Source: Candidatus Paceibacter sp. (lineage in GTDB: Bacteria; Patescibacteriota; Patescibacteriia; S139-126). From it: 64,000 bases of DNA. Below the pieces are notes generated by a model. The model was not told the origin of the DNA. It made no database searches and was given only the letters and a program-made list of their open reading frames with translations. The stretch covers positions 98,657 through 162,656 of the forward strand of contig DYGA01000002.1 of assembly GCA_020724865.1 (NCBI GenBank). Direction: 5' to 3'. Shown in pieces: positions 38,544-46,497 of the stretch (position 1 is the stretch's first letter; each line of letters opens with the position of its first letter). A program made the translations under genes and the position numbers.

Positions 38544-41500
38544 ATGACTCAGATAAGTTTTCCTGAATTAGAAAGAGAAATATTAGATTTTTGGGAAAGA
38601 GAGAAAATATTTGATAAATCGTTAAAGAAAAATTCACCTCAAGGTGAGTTTGTATTTTATGAGGGTCCGCCGACTGCCAATGGTAAACCAGGTATTCATC
38701 ATGTTTTGGCAAGGGCTTTTAAAGATTTGATTCCCCGTTATAAAACTATGCAGGGTTATCATGTGACCAGAAAAGCTGGTTGGGATACTCACGGATTGCC
38801 AGTGGAATTACAAGTTGAAAAGGAATTGGGTATATCCGGAAAACCTCAGATTGAATCATTACAAAAATCGGTTCCTGAATCTATAGAATATTTTAATACT
38901 AAATGCAAACAGTCAGTTTGGCAATACAAAGAAGAGTGGGAAAAATTAACGCGGCGGATGGGTTTTTGGATTGATATGGATAATCCTTATGTGACTTATG
39001 ATAATAATTATATAGAAACTTTGTGGTGGATTATAAAACAGGTTTATGATAAAAAATTACTGTACCAAGGTTATAAAGTAGTGCCTCATTGTCCGCGTTG
39101 TGGTACTGCCCTTTCCAGTCATGAAGTGGCGCAAGGTTACCGCGAAGTAAAAGACGAATCTGTTTACATAAAATTCAAAGTGAGTAAGGGAAATGATAAG
39201 GTTAAGGAAGGTGATTATATATTGTCTTGGACCACAACTCCCTGGACTTTGCCGGGAAATGTAGCTTTGGCGATTAGTGAAAAAGTGAATTATGCCATTG
39301 TTAGTATAATTGGTGAAGGTTGGCAGAGTAGTGATGTAAAAAATTTAATAAATAACGGCAGGGCACCAATTACCGGAAAGGATAATAAATTATATAGGTA
39401 TATATTAGCGGAGGATTTACTTGACAAAGTTTTAGCAAAAAATGGAAAAGAATATGTTAAGGAGGGTATTATTAAAGGTAGTGAGTTAGTTGGCCTTGAA
39501 TATGAGCCATTATTTCCAGGTGCTATTTTAGAATCTGTAGAAAATTATGAAAATGCCTTTAAGGTTTATCCAGCTGATTTCGTGACTACTGAAGATGGTA
39601 CGGGTGTGGTGCATACAGCGGTGATGTATGGTGAAGATGATTACAATTTAGGTGAAGCGGTGGGACTACCCAAGGTACATACGGTAAATGAAAACGGAAA
39701 TTTTGCATTCAAAATTTTAAATACAAAATTTAAGATTTTACACACTTTACAAGATAAATTTGTTAAGGATAGTGAGACAGAAAAAATTATTATCAATTAT
39801 TTACAAGAGCAAAAATTACTTTTTAGACAAGAATCGTATAAGCATGATTATCCTTTTTGTTGGCGCTGTGACACACCACTTCTTTATTATGCTAAAGATT
39901 CTTGGTTTATTAAAATGTCGGAGTTGCGGGAAAAGTTAAAAGCTAATAATGAGAATATCAATTGGATACCCGGGCATATTAAATTTGGTCGTTTTGGTGA
40001 GTGGTTAGATGGTGTTAAAGATTGGGCGATTTCTCGCGAAAGATATTGGGGAACGCCATTGCCAATTTGGCGTTGTCAGGCGGGAAAAAATAAAAATACT
40101 GATATTAAAATTCAAAAAGATTGTAATAATATAAAAGTAATTGGTTCGTTTGCTGAGTTAGAACAATTGAGCGGACAAAAAATTATTGATGCTCATCGTC
40201 CCATGGTTGATGAAATTAAAATTAAATGTGAGCATTGTGGTGGAGAAATGATACGAGAGACAGCTGTGCTTGACTGTTGGTTTGATTCCGGAGCTATGCC
40301 GTTTGCTCAGATCCATTATCCATTTGAAAATAAAGACTTAATTGATGATAGAAAATGGTATCCGGCAAATTTTATCTGTGAGGCAATTGATCAGACTCGG
40401 GGATGGTTTTATACTTTACTGGCCGTTGCTACTTTACTTGATCAAGGAACTCCTTATCAAAACGTAATCTGTTTAGGGCACATCAATGATAAGTACGGTA
40501 AAAAGATGTCAAAAAGTAAAGGCAATATCGTTGATCCATGGCAAATCATGGATAGCTATGGTGCTGATGCTTTACGTTGGCATTTTTACACTATCAATCA
40601 ACCCGGAGAACCTAAAAATTTTGATCCGCAACAAGTTGAAGATGTTTTGAAAAAAAATTGGTTAATTTTGTGGAACGTATTTAGTTTTTACAATTTGTAT
40701 AAACCAGCGGTTAAAGAGTTCCCCACTGAACCAGCAGAGGATATTTTAGATCAGTGGATTTTAGCTTATCTCAAAGATTTAGTCAGAGTTGTCACCGATT
40801 ATTTGGATAATTATGATATAACTTCCGCTGCTAGATCTATTGCAGATTTTATTAATGATTTATCAACTTGGTACTTAAGACGAAGTCGTGAACGCTTTAA
40901 AGCCGGCGGAACTACCCAAGCGCAAGCAGTTAAAACTTTAGGTTATGTATTGTTGGAGCTTACTAAAATTTTAGCGCCCTTTACTCCTTTTTTAGCTGAA
41001 AAAATTTATCAAGAATTAATAAAAGATTATCCAGACAAAAAAAGTGATTTTGCTCTATCGGTTCATTTATCAGCTTGGCCGGAAAAAAAAGAAAAAACAT
41101 CTGCCGAATTGGCATTATTACAGACCATGAATGAAGTGAGAGAAATAGTTACTCGGGCTTTAGCTTTGCGAGCTGATGCTAAAATAAAAGTTAGACAACC
41201 TTTATCAGAATTACATATTAAACAGAAAGATTTGCCCGAGCAATTTATAGAAATTTTGCGACAAGAGGTAAACGTTATAAAGGTAATTTTAGGTGCAAAT
41301 GAAATTAAATTAAACACCGTCATTGATGATAATTTAGCTAAAGCTGGTTTGGTTAGAGAGTTAATACGGAGTGTAAATAATTTACGTAAACAGGCCGGAC
41401 TTACTATTACTGATAAGATTATATTGTACATTACTACAGCCGATAATTTACAGAATTTAATTACCGAAGAAAAAGAAGTTATTTCTAAAAATACTTTGAG

Positions 41501-41594
41501 CGCCAAAATAATATTTCAGCACAAGGATAATCTATCGTCAAAAGAGATTAATTTTACGGACGAAAAAATTTGGTTGGGTATAGAAAAAATATGA
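38544..41594 (+). CDS. ileS: Isoleucyl-tRNA synthetase, type 2
   Basis: EGPPTANGKPGIHH, GWDTHGLP, WTTTPWTL, DWAISRERYWG, KMSKS; C-terminal RELIR..N.LRK. Confidence 0.96.
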   Translation: MTQISFPELEREILDFWEREKIFDKSLKKNSPQGEFVFYEGPPTANGKPGIHHVLARAFKDLIPRYKTMQGYHVTRKAGWDTHGLPVELQVEKELGISGKPQIESLQKSVPESIEYFNTKCKQSVWQYKEEWEKLTRRMGFWIDMDNPYVTYDNNYIETLWWIIKQVYDKKLLYQGYKVVPHCPRCGTALSSHEVAQGYREVKDESVYIKFKVSKGNDKVKEGDYILSWTTTPWTLPGNVALAISEKVNYAIVSIIGEGWQSSDVKNLINNGRAPITGKDNKLYRYILAEDLLDKVLAKNGKEYVKEGIIKGSELVGLEYEPLFPGAILESVENYENAFKVYPADFVTTEDGTGVVHTAVMYGEDDYNLGEAVGLPKVHTVNENGNFAFKILNTKFKILHTLQDKFVKDSETEKIIINYLQEQKLLFRQESYKHDYPFCWRCDTPLLYYAKDSWFIKMSELREKLKANNENINWIPGHIKFGRFGEWLDGVKDWAISRERYWGTPLPIWRCQAGKNKNTDIKIQKDCNNIKVIGSFAELEQLSGQKIIDAHRPMVDEIKIKCEHCGGEMIRETAVLDCWFDSGAMPFAQIHYPFENKDLIDDRKWYPANFICEAIDQTRGWFYTLLAVATLLDQGTPYQNVICLGHINDKYGKKMSKSKGNIVDPWQIMDSYGADALRWHFYTINQPGEPKNFDPQQVEDVLKKNWLILWNVFSFYNLYKPAVKEFPTEPAEDILDQWILAYLKDLVRVVTDYLDNYDITSAARSIADFINDLSTWYLRRSRERFKAGGTTQAQAVKTLGYVLLELTKILAPFTPFLAEKIYQELIKDYPDKKSDFALSVHLSAWPEKKEKTSAELALLQTMNEVREIVTRALALRADAKIKVRQPLSELHIKQKDLPEQFIEILRQEVNVIKVILGANEIKLNTVIDDNLAKAGLVRELIRSVNNLRKQAGLTITDKIILYITTADNLQNLITEEKEVISKNTLSAKIIFQHKDNLSSKEINFTDEKIWLGIEKI

Positions 41595-42385
41595 CAGTCA
41601 TTTTACAGGCGATTATTTTAGATCACAATCCTAAAGGTGAGAGCGATCTGTTGGTCACCGCTTTTACTCAAGAAAAAGGGAAGATAAATGCTAAGGCTAA
41701 AGGCGCTAGAAAATCAGAAGCAAAATTGCGTGGCATCTTAGAAGTTGGCAATGAGGTAAAATTAATGTTGGCGCCAGGAAAAAATCAAATACACATTGCG
41801 GGTGGGGATATTATAGATAGTCATATCTTAATTCGTCAAAATTTGGAACTGTTATTATTATGGCAAGCAATGCTTGAGGTGGTTAGTTTCGCAACAGTGC
41901 CAGATAATATTGAATATGAGGTGTATGATCTTTTAACAGGTTGGGCTAAATTTTTACAACATAATTTAAAACCTTATTCAGTTCGTAATAAATTAATTGT
42001 TTATTTAGTGATTTGGCAGTTTTTATCCTTGATTGGTTTTAAACCCCAGTTTGATGAATGTGTTCGGAGTGGTCAAAAATTAGTAGCAGAAAATTGTTTT
42101 TTTTCTGTCACTGAAGGTGGGGTTGTTAGTAAAAAATATTTTCAAACTTCGGATTTACCACTATCTTTAAATGTTTGGAAAATATTACGTTATATATTTA
42201 AAGGAAATTTTTGGGCTGCTTTATCTGATATTTATCGTTTTAGAATCACAAAACAAGAAAACTTAGAATTGGCTAACATATTGATTAATTACACTGAAAA
42301 TACTATAGAGAAAAAAATTAATAGTCTTAGTTATTTAGAAAAAATATATACTTATGGAAATAAAGTCATGGCGGGAAATAAGTAA
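41591..42385 (+). CDS. recO: DNA repair protein RecO
   Basis: ATGA overlap with ileS; GESDLLV..FT...GK....KGARK; GFKPQFDEC. Confidence 0.88.
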   Translation: MTVILQAIILDHNPKGESDLLVTAFTQEKGKINAKAKGARKSEAKLRGILEVGNEVKLMLAPGKNQIHIAGGDIIDSHILIRQNLELLLLWQAMLEVVSFATVPDNIEYEVYDLLTGWAKFLQHNLKPYSVRNKLIVYLVIWQFLSLIGFKPQFDECVRSGQKLVAENCFFSVTEGGVVSKKYFQTSDLPLSLNVWKILRYIFKGNFWAALSDIYRFRITKQENLELANILINYTENTIEKKINSLSYLEKIYTYGNKVMAGNK

Positions 42386-44318
42386 AAAAAAGTCCCGTCG
42401 ATTATTACGAAGAATTAAACCGCAATCTGACAAAAAGCTTGCTCCGACTACGGAGGTAATTGAAGATATTTATGTAAAAGATAAAATTTTTCCAGCGGAA
42501 AATAAAGCAATGGTCAAAAATGATATAAATATGAATAAAACTAGTCAATATAAAAAAAGTAAATTTCATCCTACGGCAAAAAGACATACAAAAAAAACAG
42601 TCAATAACAGTATTTTTTGGTTAGTTATTGTATTTTTGTTGTTAGCTTCGGCTACATTGTTGTTTAGCGCTTTTCGTTTTGGAGGAGCGCCAAATAATCG
42701 TGATGATATAGAATTGTTATTAACTGGTCCGGATGCGGTTGCTATTGGTCAAGAATCTACTTGGACAATTAGTTATAAAAATACCAGTTCGGTTGATTTT
42801 AAAAAATTAAATATATCAATCCGTTATCCTGATGGTTTAAAACTTAAATCTACTGAACCAGTAGCTGATAATTTACTTAATACCAGTTGGCAGTTAGGAG
42901 AATTGAAAAAAGGCGAAAGCGGAGAAATAAAAATAAACGCCCAGCTTTATGGTGAGGAAAACAGCGCTAAAGAGTTTAAAGTTGATGCAGTTTATCAACC
43001 AGCAAATTTTAGTTCAGATTTTATTAATTCAATTGTTTATGTGGTGAAATTGGGACATTCACAGTTTGCTATAAATTGGGAATTGCCTGAAGCAATTTTA
43101 CCAGAAGTTGAGCAAGATATGGCTTGGCGAATAAGTAATATTAGTGGACAAGAAATGTCCAATATTAAATTACGCTTAATTACAAGTAAAAATTTTACTA
43201 TGACGAACCCCCGTCCTGAAATTGCAGAAATAGTTGATACTGCAGAGGGTAAAGCATACGTTTGGCCAATTAGGAATTATTTTAATAATCAGGAAATAAA
43301 TTTTAATTTTAAAGGTAAATTTTCTGCTGCAGCTGTTGGTTTGGAAAAGTTTAAGTTGGAAATCAGTAGTGGCGAACCGGAAGGTAAAATTTTACAAGAG
43401 TTGGAAAAAAGTATTGTAATTTTAGGTGAAGAATTAGCTGTGCAAATGACCATCAATAACCAATCTACTTTGGTTGAAATTACTCCTGGCCAAAAGTTGA
43501 ATTATGAAGTGATTTTACAAAATACTTCCGGACTTGATCTAGCTGATCTAAAAGTTATATTACAGGTTGACCCAGAGATGGTTGATTGGACTACTTTAAA
43601 AACTGTTGTTGAGCCAACTATTACCAATATTGGTCAAATTGTATTGGATGGAAATAATTATGTAGAATTGCAAAAATTAGAAAAAGGTAAAGAATTGAAA
43701 ATTAATTACGAACTAAATATTAAAAGTAGTATAACTAATTTATCAAACAATTTTAGAACATTTGCTCAGGTAACGGTTGGTCGTGTGGGTGAAAAAGAAA
43801 AAAATGATTTAAGTTTTTCGACGCCGGTTCAGTCTGCACAAATAAAATCTGCTTTAAAAGTTTTTAATTATGCTTGGTATCGAGATGATGAAGGTATTCC
43901 GGTGGGTAGTGGCCCGTTGCCACCACAAGTTGGTAAAAAAACAGTTTTTCCTATTGATCTAACTTTACAAACTAAAAATGACTATAAACAAATTGAAGTT
44001 TCTGCGTATTTACCAGATGATGTAACATGGGAAAACCAACAAACGGTGTCTAAGGGCGTATTAAATTATGATTCGGTAAATCGACTGCTACTTTGGCAAA
44101 TAGATTCTTTAACTGAAGCAGATGGTTTAGTCACAGCTCGTTTTTATGTAGGTTTAATACCGCAAAACAGCGATATTGGTAAAGTTAAAACATTACTCAA
44201 TGCTCAAACCGTAAAATTTATAAGTCAAGAACAAACTAGTCAAATTATATATCCAGCTCTTGATACCAACTTAACTGGAGCAATGTATGATACAAATAAA
44301 GGGCAAGTAGTTGAATAA
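42354..44318 (+). CDS. TM-anchored protein with repeated Ig-like (DUF11-like) domains
   Basis: Basic N-terminus, one TM, YKN..., W.LGEL..GESG, GSGPLPPQVG. Confidence 0.7.
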   Translation: MEIKSWREISKKKSRRLLRRIKPQSDKKLAPTTEVIEDIYVKDKIFPAENKAMVKNDINMNKTSQYKKSKFHPTAKRHTKKTVNNSIFWLVIVFLLLASATLLFSAFRFGGAPNNRDDIELLLTGPDAVAIGQESTWTISYKNTSSVDFKKLNISIRYPDGLKLKSTEPVADNLLNTSWQLGELKKGESGEIKINAQLYGEENSAKEFKVDAVYQPANFSSDFINSIVYVVKLGHSQFAINWELPEAILPEVEQDMAWRISNISGQEMSNIKLRLITSKNFTMTNPRPEIAEIVDTAEGKAYVWPIRNYFNNQEINFNFKGKFSAAAVGLEKFKLEISSGEPEGKILQELEKSIVILGEELAVQMTINNQSTLVEITPGQKLNYEVILQNTSGLDLADLKVILQVDPEMVDWTTLKTVVEPTITNIGQIVLDGNNYVELQKLEKGKELKINYELNIKSSITNLSNNFRTFAQVTVGRVGEKEKNDLSFSTPVQSAQIKSALKVFNYAWYRDDEGIPVGSGPLPPQVGKKTVFPIDLTLQTKNDYKQIEVSAYLPDDVTWENQQTVSKGVLNYDSVNRLLLWQIDSLTEADGLVTARFYVGLIPQNSDIGKVKTLLNAQTVKFISQEQTSQIIYPALDTNLTGAMYDTNKGQVVE

Positions 44319-44330
44319 AAAAACAACCGT

Positions 44331-44936
44331 TTATACGGTTGTTGTTTGACGCCATTGGTGATTTAATAAAGACCAAATCGCCATAATTGTTGCTGGCAAT
44401 ATTAATAGTAGTTCTACAAGATATTGATTATTGTGAGGATAGAGTAGTAAAGCTAAAAAAATTAGAATAAATTTAATTTTACCAATAACGTTACTGGGAG
44501 TAAGTTTTTTTAAATATAGAGCTGCATGCAGAGTATTAACTAGAGCTATAGTGTCAATGATGATGTAACAGACAGTTAAATAAGAAAAATAATTTTCAAA
44601 ATTTAAAAAAAGTATAAGAATTGGTATAGTAAAAACTTTATCAATTGAACGATCCATTATTTTTCCTAAATCCGTCACCATATTTTTTACTCGAGCCAGA
44701 AGGCCATCTAAGTAGTCGGTCAGTCCGGCTATTATAATCAAAAAATTATAAAGTAAAATATCCTGTAATTTTATATAGACATATAATATTAGACCAAGTA
44801 AAATAATACGAGAGCCGCTCAATATATTTGGTGTTAACCAATTAGGAAATTTTTTTAACAAGGGGCCTAAAATTTTTTGAGATAATTTGTCAAATAGCGT
44901 TAAGCCAGTTTGTAAGATAGTAAAGATTTTTTTCAT
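44331..44936 (-). CDS. CDP-alcohol phosphatidyltransferase (PgsA-like)
   Basis: TPNILS..R, DYLDGLLAR..x..GKIMD..IDK signature. Confidence 0.85.
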   Translation of the reverse strand: MKKIFTILQTGLTLFDKLSQKILGPLLKKFPNWLTPNILSGSRIILLGLILYVYIKLQDILLYNFLIIIAGLTDYLDGLLARVKNMVTDLGKIMDRSIDKVFTIPILILFLNFENYFSYLTVCYIIIDTIALVNTLHAALYLKKLTPSNVIGKIKFILIFLALLLYPHNNQYLVELLLILPATIMAIWSLLNHQWRQTTTV

Positions 44937-44962
44937 TTTTTATTTCCTTTTTAATTTACAAG

Positions 44963-46090
44963 ATGTATAAACTTTATAGAAAATCTAAAAAAAGTCAAGC
45001 TAGATTTGGAATATTAACGACTGGACGGGGTAAGATAAAAACACCTTTTTTTATGCCCGTTGCCACTCAAGGAGTAATAAAAACTCTAACCAGTTCTGAT
45101 ATGGAAAAATTAGGCACACAAATTTTGTTGGCTAATACTTATCATTTATTTTTACGGCCAGGTTGGCACATTTTGCAAAAAGTTGGAGGTTTACATAAAT
45201 TTATGAACTGGTCAAAACCGATACTGACTGATTCGGGAGGGTATCAGGTATTTTCTTTAGCCGGAAATAAACAACAAAAAAATAATTTGGTTAAAATTGA
45301 GAGAAATAAAGTAATTTTTAAATCTCATCATGACGGCAGTCAACAAGTTTTAACACCCGTTAAAGCTTTACAAATTCAAAAAATTATTGATAGTGATATA
45401 CAAATGGTGTTGGATGTATGTACTCCCAATCCGGCAACTTATGAACAGGCAAAAAAAGATGTTGTTTTAACTTTAGCCTGGGCTAGGCAAGCAAAAAAAT
45501 GGATTAATAAAAATTATACAAAATCAAATAGTCCTTTGGTATTTGGTATAGTTCAGGGTAGTGTATTTTCTGATTTACGAAAATATTGTGCTCAAGAGTT
45601 AGTAAAATTAGATTTTGCTGGCTATGCTATTGGTGGTTTGGCGGTTGGTGAAACTGTCAAACAAATGTACCAAGTATTAGATGAATTGATGCCTTATTTA
45701 CCTGAAAATAAACCAAGATACTTAATGGGTGTTGGTCGTCCAGAAAATATTATTGCCGCTGTGCAAAGAGGGGTTGATATGTTTGATTGTGTTATTCCTA
45801 CCCGAGAAGCTAGGCACGGTCGTCTATATATTTGGCGGCATACAAATTTAAATAAAAAAGATTTTTATACAACCATCAATATAAGTAATAAAAAATTTAG
45901 TAAAGATTTTTCATTGTTAAATCCCAAGACAAAGCAAAAAGATTTACAATCACTATCTAAAGCATATCTTTACCATTTATATAAAAGTGGGGAGCCGACT
46001 GCTTTAAGATTGGCCACTTTAAATAATTTGGAATTTTATTTACAGTTAATGATTCAGCTTAGAAAACATATTTTTACTTCTCAGATTTGA
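44963..46090 (+). CDS. tgt: tRNA-guanine transglycosylase
   Basis: TPFFMPVAT, NTYHL, TDSGGYQVFSL, GGLAVGE, DMFDCVIPTR. Confidence 0.93.
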   Translation: MYKLYRKSKKSQARFGILTTGRGKIKTPFFMPVATQGVIKTLTSSDMEKLGTQILLANTYHLFLRPGWHILQKVGGLHKFMNWSKPILTDSGGYQVFSLAGNKQQKNNLVKIERNKVIFKSHHDGSQQVLTPVKALQIQKIIDSDIQMVLDVCTPNPATYEQAKKDVVLTLAWARQAKKWINKNYTKSNSPLVFGIVQGSVFSDLRKYCAQELVKLDFAGYAIGGLAVGETVKQMYQVLDELMPYLPENKPRYLMGVGRPENIIAAVQRGVDMFDCVIPTREARHGRLYIWRHTNLNKKDFYTTINISNKKFSKDFSLLNPKTKQKDLQSLSKAYLYHLYKSGEPTALRLATLNNLEFYLQLMIQLRKHIFTSQI

Positions 46091-46128
46091 TTTTTTAAAA
46101 ATTAAATAAAATGTTATAATAAAACTGT

Positions 46129-46497
46129 ATGTTGCAGCTTTTTTTTAATACGTTCAAATTATTTACTTGGGATTTGGCCACCAATTTAGGTTATTGGCCG
46201 ATTTGGTGGTATGGACCTGGTTTGGTTGATTTTTTTCATTTTTTTACTAACAACATAAAGTCTGCTTGGCATAGACAAGCACTTGATATTTTATTGAAAA
46301 ATTGGTTTAAACCGATGTATGCCCAGACTGATTGGCAGGGCAGGATATTGTCATTTTTTTTCCGTACCTTAATCATCGCTTGGCGGTTTATGTTTTTTAT
46401 TTTTTGGGCATTTGTGCTTAGTCTAGCGATGATTCTATGGATTATGGTTATTCCCATCGCATTATTTATGTTGATTCGTTTATTACTTTTTACATGA
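46129..46497 (+). CDS. Small membrane protein coupled to Clp-like ATPase
   Basis: Trp-rich, WPIWWYG, C-terminal TM(s); ATGA overlap with next gene. Confidence 0.75.
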   Translation: MLQLFFNTFKLFTWDLATNLGYWPIWWYGPGLVDFFHFFTNNIKSAWHRQALDILLKNWFKPMYAQTDWQGRILSFFFRTLIIAWRFMFFIFWAFVLSLAMILWIMVIPIALFMLIRLLLFT

